Below are positions 18,741-28,245 of a DNA stretch of 64,000 bases, piece by piece. The stretch's first letter is position 1; each line of letters starts with the position of its first letter. The position numbers were made by a program, and so were the translations under genes. A model generated the notes under the pieces. The model was not told where the DNA came from, ran no database searches, and saw nothing but the letters and a program-made list of their open reading frames with translations. Source of the stretch: Candidatus Hydrogenedentota bacterium. GTDB lineage: Bacteria > Hydrogenedentota > Hydrogenedentia > Hydrogenedentales > SLHB01. The stretch lies in assembly GCA_045863335.1 (NCBI GenBank), contig BTVY01000014.1, forward strand, positions 1-64,000, read 5' to 3'.

Positions 18741-20375
18741 TTAGCCTTGTTCCTCCGTACCCGCGCGGGGCAACCGAACGCTCATCGTTGCGCCGCCCCC
18801 TTCGCGGGAAGCGGCACGGATGGTTCCGTCGTGAGCGGACACAATCCGCAGACAGATGGCCAACCCCATCCCAACCCCGGTATCCTTCGTAGTATAGAAA
18901 GGCTCGAAAATGCGCGCAACCTTGTCAGGCTCGATGCCCGGACCTTCGTCGTCAAATCGCACTTCCACCGACGAGGGGCCCAAGACGACGGCAATGAGCA
19001 AGCGGCCTTTCTCGTTCATGGCCTCGACGGCGTTCTTCGCAAGGTTCAGGAAGACTTGGCGGATCTGCGTCCGGTCGCCCGAGACAGGACACACTTCGTC
19101 CGGCATTTCGGTTTCAATGGAGAAACCAGGTGTTTCGCCGTACTTGCGATGGGTGAAGTCCGTGACTTCGTCGATGAGCCCGCGCACGTCGAACACGTCG
19201 CGCCGCATGCGGGGCTTGCGCGCAAAGTCGAGGAAATCGGAGACGATGGCGTTCAACTGATCGGACTCGCGCAGGGCGATGGCGAGCAGTTTTTGCGCCA
19301 CGTTCGGATGGTCCAGGCTGGTGGACAGTTCATCCACGGCGCCGCGAATCGCCGCGACCGGGTTTCGGATTTCGTGGGCCAGCCCTGCGGCCAGTTCACC
19401 CACGATGGAGAGCCGGTCCTGACGTTTCAATTCCTGTCGCATCTGTTCCAATTCGGTTAAGTCGCTGAAGGACGCGATAATGCCGGTCATGCGCCCGCGC
19501 CAGTCGTAGATTCGGCTCGTGCTGAGTCCGAGCAGCATGGTTCGTTTATCGTTCAGAAGCCCGGTGTATTCGTAGCGGGTAAAATCGCGTTCCGACCGGA
19601 GGGCCGTGAGCACTGGGCATTCCTCGCCCGAGGCGACACGCAGCACGTCCTGCACCGGTTGGCCGATGGCCTCGTCTTCGCTGAGATTCAAGATGCGTTC
19701 GGCGGCCTTGTTCACGACGGTGATCGTGCCCGAAAGATCCGTGATAAGAAATCCGTTGTTCATGTTGTCCAGGATTTCACGCTGGAATTGCTGGAGACGG
19801 TGCAACTGCTGATTCCAGTATCCGCTGATCGACGCCGTGAGGTAGTAGGCGAGCACCTGGAGCAGGTAGCCGTACCACAAAGTGTATCGATCCTGGTTGA
19901 ACCACTGCTCGGCTTCCGACACGCTCACCGAGGGCACGGTGCGCATGAGTACCAAGGCTCCCATGATCCCCGCGCACAACGTGGCGAAAACGAAACCCTC
20001 GATGAGCCCGAGCAGGATGCCGGCCTCCAGCACGATGAGGACAAACAGGAAGGTGTACACGCTGCCGAGGCCGCCGGTAAAGCTCACCGCCGCGGCGACA
20101 ACGCCGACATCGACGAGTACCTGGGCCCAGGTGAGCAGGCGGTTTACTTGCCGAACGTGCTTGGCAACGAAGAGGTAAGAGGCGCTACAGACCAGGCCGA
20201 AGAGATAGAAGGCGCTAAGATATGCAGCCTCGTTGGCGCCGAAGTCTCCAAAATAGAGGGTACCCGCCGCGATAACACAAATAACGGCGACTCGAACGAC
20301 ACTAATGACGACCTGCCACGGGGCAGCGGCGCTGTGGGACGGCTTAGCTGGGATCGACAAGTCGGGAGTGGTCAC
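18741..20375 (-). CDS. pilS: PAS-domain sensor histidine kinase (PilS-like)
   Basis: Multi-TM N-terminus, PAS, AHEIRNP H-box, N/G1/F/G2 boxes; adjacent to pilR. Confidence 0.82.
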   Translation of the reverse strand: MTTPDLSIPAKPSHSAAAPWQVVISVVRVAVICVIAAGTLYFGDFGANEAAYLSAFYLFGLVCSASYLFVAKHVRQVNRLLTWAQVLVDVGVVAAAVSFTGGLGSVYTFLFVLIVLEAGILLGLIEGFVFATLCAGIMGALVLMRTVPSVSVSEAEQWFNQDRYTLWYGYLLQVLAYYLTASISGYWNQQLHRLQQFQREILDNMNNGFLITDLSGTITVVNKAAERILNLSEDEAIGQPVQDVLRVASGEECPVLTALRSERDFTRYEYTGLLNDKRTMLLGLSTSRIYDWRGRMTGIIASFSDLTELEQMRQELKRQDRLSIVGELAAGLAHEIRNPVAAIRGAVDELSTSLDHPNVAQKLLAIALRESDQLNAIVSDFLDFARKPRMRRDVFDVRGLIDEVTDFTHRKYGETPGFSIETEMPDEVCPVSGDRTQIRQVFLNLAKNAVEAMNEKGRLLIAVVLGPSSVEVRFDDEGPGIEPDKVARIFEPFYTTKDTGVGMGLAICLRIVSAHDGTIRAASREGGGATMSVRLPRAGTEEQG

Positions 20376-21445
20376 AGCCCCTTTTCCATCAGGCGCCGCA
20401 GGCCTTCCGGATCGGCGCTGCGTTTGAATGCCATGTCGCTCGTAATGACGTTGCGGCGCATGAGCCGGTACAGGGACTGATTCATGGTCATCATCCCTTC
20501 CCCGGCGCCGATTTCGATCATGGACGGGATTTGTTGGAGCTTTTGTTCGCGAATCAGCGACCGAATGGCCGTGTTGGGCAGCATGACTTCCAGGGCGAGG
20601 GCGCGGCCCATCCCGTCGGCTCGAGGGATGAGCTGCTGCACGGCGATTCCCTCCAGCACGAAGGACAACTGGGTACGAATCTGATCCTGCTGGTTCGATG
20701 GGAACACGTCGACAATACGGTTGATGGACTGCAAGGCGTCGTTGGTATGCAGCGTGGCGAACGCGAGGTGCCCCGTCTCCGCCACAGTAAGCGCGGCCGC
20801 GATCGTTTCCGGGTCGCGCATTTCACCAATGAGAATGACGTCGGGGTCCTGGCGCAGAACGCGCTTGAGCGCAGCGCCGAAGGACTTGGTATCCGCGTTG
20901 ACCTCGCGCTGGTTAATGGTCGCCACATTATGATTGTGCAGATACTCGATGGGGTCTTCGATGGTGATGATATGGACCGGGCGTTCCCGGTTGATCTTGT
21001 CAATAATCGAAGCAAGCGTGGTGGACTTGCCGCTACCGGTCGGGCCGCAGATGAGTACCAGGCCGAGGGGCCGATAGGCGAAATCGGCCACAACGCGAGG
21101 AAGGCCCAGCTCCTCGAAGGAGCGAATTTCAAATGGAATGGAACGAAAGGCGGCCACCACGGAACCCCGATCGCGATACACGTTCAAACGGAAACGGCTC
21201 AACCCCTCGATTCCGAACGAGAGGTCGCATTCGCGATCGGTTTCGAACATGGCGATCTGCTCTTCGCTCATGACACTGTAGATAATCTCCTGCGTCTCGT
21301 CCGGCTTGAGCACGGGATACTCGTGCATGGCCTCGAGGTTGCCGTTCAGGCGAATGATCGGCGGGGAGCCGACGACGATATGAAGATCGCTGGCGCCTTT
21401 CTCAATCGTCTTGGTGAGCAGTTCTTTGATGCTGATTGTAATCAT
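20372..21445 (-). CDS. pilT: type IV pilus retraction ATPase PilT
   Basis: ASDLH, GPTGSGKST, TIEDPIE, LRQDPD, TLHTN, AIRSLIRE. Confidence 0.93.
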   Translation of the reverse strand: MITISIKELLTKTIEKGASDLHIVVGSPPIIRLNGNLEAMHEYPVLKPDETQEIIYSVMSEEQIAMFETDRECDLSFGIEGLSRFRLNVYRDRGSVVAAFRSIPFEIRSFEELGLPRVVADFAYRPLGLVLICGPTGSGKSTTLASIIDKINRERPVHIITIEDPIEYLHNHNVATINQREVNADTKSFGAALKRVLRQDPDVILIGEMRDPETIAAALTVAETGHLAFATLHTNDALQSINRIVDVFPSNQQDQIRTQLSFVLEGIAVQQLIPRADGMGRALALEVMLPNTAIRSLIREQKLQQIPSMIEIGAGEGMMTMNQSLYRLMRRNVITSDMAFKRSADPEGLRRLMEKGL

Positions 21446-21472
21446 GAGTCCCCCGTTGGGTGAACGACCGCG

Positions 21473-23197
21473 CTAGTCCATCGCGGACACGCGCAAGACT
21501 TCCTCAATCGTGGTAACGCCTTCGGCCGCCTTCTCGAGGGCGTTCTGGCGCAGGGACCGCATGCCGCACTCCATGGCCACCCGCTTGATATCGCTGGCGG
21601 GTTGCCGCGTCATGATAAGGTCCTGAATCTCGGGATAGTTAGGCATCGCTTCAATCACAGCCAAGCGGCCGCGATAGCCCGTGTCTTTGCACTTGCCACA
21701 ACCGCGGCCGCGAACGAAGTTGGGGGGCGGCGCGCCTTCCGGGTGGCGGTACTGAATCCGTTCCAGCACATCCGGCGGCACGCGAATCGGTTCCTTGCAG
21801 TCCGGGCATACGCGGCGCAGCAGGCGCTGGGCGGCCGCCAAACCCACGGAAGACTGGACAAGGAACGGCTCCATACCCATGTCGATAAGGCGAGTGTACA
21901 CGCTCGACGCGTCATTGGTGTGAAGGGTGCTCAACACCAGGTGGCCGGTCAACGCGGCTTTGATGGCGATGTCCGCGGTCTCTTCGTCTCGAATCTCACC
22001 GACCATGATGATGTCGGGGTCCTGGCGGAGGATACTGCGCAATCCCGCGGCGAAGGTGAGTCCGATTTCGGATCGAGCCTGCACCTGATTGACGCCAAAA
22101 AGTTCGTATTCGACGGGATCTTCCACCGTGATAATGTTGGTGTCCGGGCCGTTCAGTTTGTGCAGCGCGCTGTAGAGCGTTGTCGTCTTTCCGCTACCGG
22201 TGGGACCGGTCAGCAGGATCATTCCGAAAGGAAGCGCGAGCGCTTCGCGGAACGCGTCCATGGGTTGCGCGGCAAACCCCAATCCGTCGAGGTCCAGTGT
22301 CAGGCTGCTCTTGTCCAGCACGCGCATCACGATCTTCTCGCCGTGGTAACAGGGGAGAATGGACACGCGGAAATCGATGTCGTGGCCTTTAAACCGCGTG
22401 CGGAACCGGCCGTCCTGGGGAAGCCGGTGCTCGGCAATGTCCAGGCCGGACATGATCTTGAATCGCGATATTAGTGCCGACTGCACGCTCTTCGGCGGGT
22501 TCTTGGTTTCTTCCAGCATCCCATCCACGCGATAGCGTACGCGAAGGACTTTCTCAAAGGGTTCGATGTGAATATCGCTCGCGCGGTTCTCCAGGGCCTT
22601 CAGCAAAATGAGGTTCGCGAGCCGAATCACCGGGGCGTCTTGCGCCTCGGCCTGCATGTGGGCGATGTCTTCGATGTGCTCTTCTTCATCGACGACTTCG
22701 ATGCCATCCTGCTTGTTCTCGCCGCCGACGAGTTCATCAAAAAGGCTGGCGCTGCTTTGCCCGCCGTAGTGCTTGCTGATGGCTTCGTTCAGCTCCGACT
22801 GCACCGCCACGACCGGCTCGATCTCGTAGCTGGTGAGCATGCGAAGATCGTCGAGGGCCATGATGTTCAGCGGATCGGCCATCGCCAGGGTGAGCACGTC
22901 TCCGGTGACGGAAACGGGAAGCATCTGGTACTGGCGCGCCAGGGATTCCGGGACTTCGTTCAGCACCTCTTGGGGGATGTTGTAGTTGGCCACGCGAATA
23001 TGGGGTATGCCGAGCTGTTCGCTCAAGGTAACGACGAGATCTTCCTCACCCAGATACCCCTTGGCAACGAGGACCGACGCCAGGCTTTGCCCAGACGACC
23101 GTTGGACGGCGATGCATTCCTGAAGCTGCTCCTGGGTGACCAGCTGCTGCTCCAGCAACACGTCTCCCAGCCGGCGTTTGGCAATTTTAGGCGGCAC
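21473..23197 (-). CDS. pilB: type IV pilus assembly ATPase PilB/GspE
   Basis: RLGDVL N-terminus, ASDIHIEP, GPTGSGKTT, LRQDPD, CPDC/CGKC Zn motif. Confidence 0.92.
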   Translation of the reverse strand: MPPKIAKRRLGDVLLEQQLVTQEQLQECIAVQRSSGQSLASVLVAKGYLGEEDLVVTLSEQLGIPHIRVANYNIPQEVLNEVPESLARQYQMLPVSVTGDVLTLAMADPLNIMALDDLRMLTSYEIEPVVAVQSELNEAISKHYGGQSSASLFDELVGGENKQDGIEVVDEEEHIEDIAHMQAEAQDAPVIRLANLILLKALENRASDIHIEPFEKVLRVRYRVDGMLEETKNPPKSVQSALISRFKIMSGLDIAEHRLPQDGRFRTRFKGHDIDFRVSILPCYHGEKIVMRVLDKSSLTLDLDGLGFAAQPMDAFREALALPFGMILLTGPTGSGKTTTLYSALHKLNGPDTNIITVEDPVEYELFGVNQVQARSEIGLTFAAGLRSILRQDPDIIMVGEIRDEETADIAIKAALTGHLVLSTLHTNDASSVYTRLIDMGMEPFLVQSSVGLAAAQRLLRRVCPDCKEPIRVPPDVLERIQYRHPEGAPPPNFVRGRGCGKCKDTGYRGRLAVIEAMPNYPEIQDLIMTRQPASDIKRVAMECGMRSLRQNALEKAAEGVTTIEEVLRVSAMD

Positions 23198-23214
23198 AGG
23201 ACACTCCTACCCAG

Positions 23215-25542
23215 CTACGCGGCATCCTCGGCACCGAGGCTGTCCAAAACCTCGTTCGCCATCTCGCGCGTGATTTCCTGCTCGACCAGTTTGGCATAAG
23301 CGATGACTTTTCGCAACGCTCCCCGCATCCTGCGAACGTCGCTTGCGATCCGTGTCGCCACCAGGGACAAGACCTCCTCCGAAACAGCGACCCGGTGCGA
23401 TTCGGCATATCGCTTCAAGATGGCCAGACGCACGTCCATCTCGGGGGGGCGCAATTTCGTGACAATCCCCGAAGAGAATCGGGAGGTAAGCCCTTTCTGG
23501 AACTCAGTCAGCTTGTCCGGCGGCCGATCGCCGGCGATAACAACGATCCGGCCCTCGTGGACAAGCGCGTTGAAAACATGGAACAGCTCTTCTTGCGCTT
23601 CCTGCCTGCCTGCCAGGAATTGAATGTCGTCGATAAGCAACACGTCCCACCGGCAAAAACGATCGCGAAATTCCGAGAGTTCGTCGTGTTTCAGGGCCTT
23701 GGCAAAGGCGCCGGCGAAATGGCTGGTCGACACGTACGCCACGCGCAGGTCCGGATTCTTCGCGAGCACGGCATTCCCGACCGCGTTCAGAAGGTGTGTC
23801 TTGCCGAGACCCTCTTCGCCGCATACATAGAGGGGGTTGAAATCCCGCGCCAGGTTTTCGCCCAGGGCCTTTGCGGCCTTCAACGTGAATGTGTTTGCAG
23901 GGCCAACCAGGAACTCCTTAAAGGTGTACCCGCTCAACAGCCGGTCGCTGTCGATGGCCTCGCGGACGCGCTCGTCCGCCTCCATCCCCAACCCCGGGCT
24001 GTCCAGAGCGCCGGCGTCTGACAGTTGCCCTGCGGACAACTCATCGCCGCCTACCCCGGGAAAGACCTCGAGGTTGGCTATCTTGACGTTGGTGGGAGGG
24101 GAGTCCTCGGAGCGCAACCGTTCTTCTTGGATCGCGCGCAACGTAGCCTCGACGGTTTGTGTCGCCTGCATCATCGCCTCAGCGATTTCGGAAAGCCGGG
24201 ACTCCTGTTCCGCTACGGCGCGCCGGACGCTTTCGCCGATCAGTGCACTGAAATCCGGCAATGGTTGCGGTTGCGCAGGCTCAGCGCGAGCCTGCAGCGC
24301 CTCGCGAATTCCTTGGCCAAAATTGTGAAGCGGCGTCTCGATGCTGGCTTGGAGTAACCGGGTCAGTTCTTCTGGGTCGATTGCGGGCCCCTTGTCCTGC
24401 TTATCATTTTGCTGAGCCCTGAGAACCGACTCTACTCCAGATAGGACAGAGTCGCGCAATTCCTGGCCAATCTGTCCTGCAAACTGTTTGAGGTCGGGGA
24501 ATGCCGGCGCGGCTGCGGAACGTTCCGCCAGTTTCTGCTGCTCCGCGAAGAGTGGCGCAAGCGATTCTCGAAGGGCATCGCGAAGGCCCGCATGCAGTTC
24601 GGCCACAACCGCCTTGGAATCGATCCCCTCCGCTTGCGACCGAGATTCCGCTGCCAGCAACGGCTGGAGCGCTTCCTGCAGGACCGCGCGGACACTGTCC
24701 GAAACCTGCGCGCCGAGCGCTTCCGCCGAGACCGCCGGCGCGGGTCGAGGCGTAGCGGATTGCGATTTTGCCGCGTCACTCTGGCGGGGCGCTGGTACGT
24801 CGGGGCGCGGACGTGACGCGGCCGCGGGCTTGGGGGGCACCGCTGCCTCTTTAACCAACGCGTCCACCGCCGCATCCACCGCGGTTTGCGTCGAATCCTC
24901 GAAGGGCTTGGACTTCGCCGCAGGCTTCTTCTCCGATAGACCGAAGCTCCCAGCCGTTACTTCCTGAACGTCCTGTTGCTGCACGATGTGAAACACGCGT
25001 TTGGCGACGCTGTCAAAATGGTTCCAATCGCACAATATCGGTTTGATTTTGATGTCTGGGCACGTCTTGCGCACTTGTTCGAGGGCGTCCAGATCCAGCG
25101 GGTCCACCATCGCCAGCGTCAGGATGCGGCCCAGTTTGTCGATAGGCAGAAAGTTATATTTGAGGCACAGTTCCTTAGGAACGAGCTGGAACAGCTCCTC
25201 GCTGACGTCGTAGTCGACGAGGCTGATGTGCGGGATTTTACATTGCTTAACCAGGATCGACACGAGCGTGGCTTGCGTGATGAAATTCATCTCGACCAGG
25301 ACTTGCCCGAGGAATCTGCCGCTTTCCTGCTGCTTGGCGAGGGCTTCCTGCAACTGGCCGGCTGAGATCGCCCCTTCCCGCACCAGCATTTCCCCAAGTC
25401 GGCCGGTGGACGCAGGGCTATCGTTGGCACTGGAACCGGAACTCTGCGCGGGAACATTCGGGGACTTCGCCGCCCCACCGGACTGGGCAGGATTACCGCC
25501 CGCGGCGTCGCCGTCCGTTGTATCTTTGCGCCAACCTAGCAT
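23215..25542 (-). CDS. MshEN/T2SSE_N - helical linker - DnaA/Hda-type AAA+ fusion protein
   Basis: RLGEMLVREGAISAGQLQEALAKQ..FLGQVLV and LAMVDPLD; C-terminal YTFKEFLVG, NPLY.CGEEGLGKTHLL, LLIDDIQF, QEELFHVFN, SRF, DVRRMRGAL; ends before a domain IV. Confidence 0.85.
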   Translation of the reverse strand: MLGWRKDTTDGDAAGGNPAQSGGAAKSPNVPAQSSGSSANDSPASTGRLGEMLVREGAISAGQLQEALAKQQESGRFLGQVLVEMNFITQATLVSILVKQCKIPHISLVDYDVSEELFQLVPKELCLKYNFLPIDKLGRILTLAMVDPLDLDALEQVRKTCPDIKIKPILCDWNHFDSVAKRVFHIVQQQDVQEVTAGSFGLSEKKPAAKSKPFEDSTQTAVDAAVDALVKEAAVPPKPAAASRPRPDVPAPRQSDAAKSQSATPRPAPAVSAEALGAQVSDSVRAVLQEALQPLLAAESRSQAEGIDSKAVVAELHAGLRDALRESLAPLFAEQQKLAERSAAAPAFPDLKQFAGQIGQELRDSVLSGVESVLRAQQNDKQDKGPAIDPEELTRLLQASIETPLHNFGQGIREALQARAEPAQPQPLPDFSALIGESVRRAVAEQESRLSEIAEAMMQATQTVEATLRAIQEERLRSEDSPPTNVKIANLEVFPGVGGDELSAGQLSDAGALDSPGLGMEADERVREAIDSDRLLSGYTFKEFLVGPANTFTLKAAKALGENLARDFNPLYVCGEEGLGKTHLLNAVGNAVLAKNPDLRVAYVSTSHFAGAFAKALKHDELSEFRDRFCRWDVLLIDDIQFLAGRQEAQEELFHVFNALVHEGRIVVIAGDRPPDKLTEFQKGLTSRFSSGIVTKLRPPEMDVRLAILKRYAESHRVAVSEEVLSLVATRIASDVRRMRGALRKVIAYAKLVEQEITREMANEVLDSLGAEDAA

Positions 25543-25617
25543 TCACGAAATATCCTCGATTCGAACAATTTCAGCGGTAGAATCTGCTCCCTGCGCAGAA
25601 ATCCACACACGTCGGGG

Positions 25618-25646
25618 ATTGTACCATCTGAATGCCACAACGTCAA
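25618..25646 (-). promoter_or_regulatory. sigma70 promoter of the mshEN-dnaA/pil operon
   Basis: Minus strand TTGACG (25646-25641), 17 bp spacer, extended TGG-TACAAT (25623-25618). Confidence 0.65.
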
Positions 25647-25838
25647 GTGTTTACAGTGCGTAAGCTATTTATTGACAGGTATTTGACGATTTGACGAAAT
25701 GAATCTAGCCCTTCCGGACGCAGCCAAAACCACGTAGCTCCAGTTGCGGTGCTGGAGATTCCACATACAAAATGTAGTACTCGCTCGGCAGGGCGAAACG
25801 CCGACGATTGAGCGGTCCAGATCAGCTGTTCCCCGCAC

Positions 25839-26951
25839 TCAGTTTGTGGAGGAAGATGCCTCGTTCGGAGCGTTCTCCGAGAATCGGCGGCGCAACTCCG
25901 GGCTCGCCTGAATCTGCCGATCCAGATCCAGGAATACCTGAAGGGCATCAGGATCGCCGGTGACGGTGCTTGTGAACTCACGTATGGCCTCGGAACCCTT
26001 GCGGGCGACCAGCATGGCCCGGATGTCCTCCTGGGCTTGGTCGAGTGTAACTTCTTCGCCAGCAATGACCTCAACGAGTTGTAGGATGTGAAATCCATAC
26101 TCGCTTTCGATCGGCTTACTGACTTCGCCGGGCTGAAGCTGGTTAGCGGCCTCCACAATGAACGGCGGAAATTCGCTAACGGGCCTCATGCCCCAATCAC
26201 CGCCATTATCTTTATAACGGCCGTCGGATACTGACTTGGCGACGCCTTCGAAACTCTGGCCGGATTGGATCCGCTTGTACGCGTCATCCGCACGGCCTCG
26301 GCTCGCTTCAATCTTGACATCTTTCCGGTTTTTGTCTCCCTGGATGAAGATCTGTTTGAGGTGCATCATGTCGGGCCTGCGAGTCATTTCGCGATTCTCG
26401 TCGTACCACGCTTTGACCTCCGCGTCGGAGACCGATACGCCCTTTTCTTTCATGATGGATTCGCGCACCTTCTCGATAAGCAAGGCCTTGCGAAGTTCGG
26501 CCAAGGCTTCCTCACGCGTGGCGCCCGCGCGCTTGAGGATCTCCGATTCGGTCAAATCGGCAGCGGAATCCTCCGCGCTGACTTTGCGCAGGGCCTCCAG
26601 TTCTTCCTGCCACTTCGCTTCCAGTTCGCTCTGGGCAATCGAGAGATTTCGCTTTTGGGCTTCCTGATACAGGATTTCTCGTTCGATAAGCATGCGCAAC
26701 CCGTTCAGCGCAATACCCAGGCGAACCTCGTCGGTCACCTCCTGCCCGGGGTTCAATTGAGCCCAGCGCAGGACTTCCCCCATGTACAAATCCTTGAACT
26801 CCTGAGCGCTCAGAGGAACATCATTCACGATGGCGACTGGCCCGTCGGGAACGGACTTGAGTACGATGTCCATGAGGTCAAGATTGGGGGCCTGGGCCGG
26901 CGCGGCGAAAGCGCAGCATACCGCGACAAGCAACGCAGTGACTACTCTCAT
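25839..26951 (-). CDS. PpiC-type peptidyl-prolyl isomerase (SurA/PrsA-like)
   Basis: Signal peptide, SurA-like N-domain, FEGVAKSVSD..NGGDWG, GEVSKPIESEYGFHIL. Confidence 0.85.
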   Translation of the reverse strand: MRVVTALLVAVCCAFAAPAQAPNLDLMDIVLKSVPDGPVAIVNDVPLSAQEFKDLYMGEVLRWAQLNPGQEVTDEVRLGIALNGLRMLIEREILYQEAQKRNLSIAQSELEAKWQEELEALRKVSAEDSAADLTESEILKRAGATREEALAELRKALLIEKVRESIMKEKGVSVSDAEVKAWYDENREMTRRPDMMHLKQIFIQGDKNRKDVKIEASRGRADDAYKRIQSGQSFEGVAKSVSDGRYKDNGGDWGMRPVSEFPPFIVEAANQLQPGEVSKPIESEYGFHILQLVEVIAGEEVTLDQAQEDIRAMLVARKGSEAIREFTSTVTGDPDALQVFLDLDRQIQASPELRRRFSENAPNEASSSTN

Positions 26952-27235
26952 TCCATTTCTCCTGGATACTTTTCGTTAGATTCTGCTGCCTTGGCAGCGG
27001 CCCGCTCGGCAGCTTCCGCGGCGAGACGTGCCTCTTCCTGGGTGCTCAGTTCCGTCCGTGCGGTCCGCTGGATGAACCCGAACGACGGGAACGTGACCGC
27101 ATAGGTTACCACGAACGCGAGCCCTACCCGAAACGCGACTTCAAAGCCCTCCACCTTTGAATAGAACAACCCAATGGCCAGCACGATCGTGGCCACGAAT
27201 GCGGCGGCGGCCAAGGCAACCTTATCGACGTCCAT
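26948..27235 (-). CDS. small two-TM hypothetical protein
   Basis: Two hydrophobic helices; stop overlaps the ppiC start. Start uncertain (27235 or 27280). Confidence 0.6.
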   Translation of the reverse strand: MDVDKVALAAAAFVATIVLAIGLFYSKVEGFEVAFRVGLAFVVTYAVTFPSFGFIQRTARTELSTQEEARLAAEAAERAAAKAAESNEKYPGEME

Positions 27236-27340
27236 CAATAGAATGGCGCGAACCTTGCGTTCTCGGGGTAGGCGTGACATGGAGAAATGCTAACACAAGG
27301 GCCGGAAGGAAGGGAATATCGCGCGCCCACCCGGAGCGAA

Positions 27341-28222
27341 TCAAAGAGATTCCGGTTTCGAGCGCAGGGACTCCCAGCCCTCGCGTAACGTATAGCGATG
27401 CACCTGGAATCCCGCGTCGGTGACTCGCACGCGTGAGAATTCGCCCCGAATGCCCTCGCGCTCGTTTCGGCGGAAGAAGGCGCCGGTGCAAAGATGGGTG
27501 AGATTGGGATAGACGGGGTCCTGAACGAGGCTAAACCGGTGCACGTGCCCCGCGACGTACAAGATCGGAATGCCCGATTCACCCAGGACGCGGCGCAGCG
27601 CGCCAGCATTCCGGAGCAAGCGGTTGGTCGTGAGGCGGTATCCGGGGGTTTCGTTCAACACGGGGTAGTGGCCCGCGACGATCGTCGGTGATGCAAGGTC
27701 CTTCAACAGTTCCCCCGTCTTGCGAAGCTCTTCCGCCGATATCCGTCCCTTCGAGGAAAGAACATTCGGACCGACCGTCGGCACGAGCATGAGCGGCGTG
27801 CCGCCCGGGAATCGCTCCAGAGCGGGGTAGCCCTGTTCCGGCACATACGGCGCGAAATGGCGTTCAAACCGTTGGAGCCGATGCGACTCATAGGTGTAGA
27901 CATCGTGGTTGCCAGGTAGAAGATGAATGGAAAAACCGCGTGTCGCAAGCGAATCAACGAAGGCCCGGGCCAGGACGAACTCCTCGTCGAGGGCAGTCGA
28001 AGAGAAGTCGCCCGTGAGCAACGCCTGTCGTTCGCCGGTTTCCTCCAGGCCTTGAATCAGCGCTTCCGCTTGAGACATGGGAAACTCGTGGCGCCGCCGG
28101 AAGAACACGTTGGCGTTGCCCAGAACTCGCTTGTTCAACAGGCGAAAGGGATTGTAGACGAACTTCCAGAAATGCAGATCCGCCACGTGAAGAAACGTGT
28201 CGCGGACCGTCGGGTTCTCCAT
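27341..28222 (-). CDS. calcineurin-like metallophosphoesterase
   Basis: DLH, TGD, GNHD, HYP, GHVH motifs. Confidence 0.87.
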   Translation of the reverse strand: MENPTVRDTFLHVADLHFWKFVYNPFRLLNKRVLGNANVFFRRRHEFPMSQAEALIQGLEETGERQALLTGDFSSTALDEEFVLARAFVDSLATRGFSIHLLPGNHDVYTYESHRLQRFERHFAPYVPEQGYPALERFPGGTPLMLVPTVGPNVLSSKGRISAEELRKTGELLKDLASPTIVAGHYPVLNETPGYRLTTNRLLRNAGALRRVLGESGIPILYVAGHVHRFSLVQDPVYPNLTHLCTGAFFRRNEREGIRGEFSRVRVTDAGFQVHRYTLREGWESLRSKPESL

Positions 28223-28245
28223 AGATGTATTGGAGCCGATCTCCG

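Noticed and set aside
23215-25830. DnaA-like gene as the true initiator, with oriC nearby
   Set aside because: There is no domain I or IV, no dnaN/recF/gyrB, and no cluster of TTATCCACA boxes in the flanking intergenic DNA.
25700-25835. Possible structured ncRNA (GGCGAAACGCC hairpin, CTCCAG/CTGGAG stem) upstream of the pil operon promoter
   Set aside because: Short stems like these are expected by chance at this GC content, and no family is recognisable.
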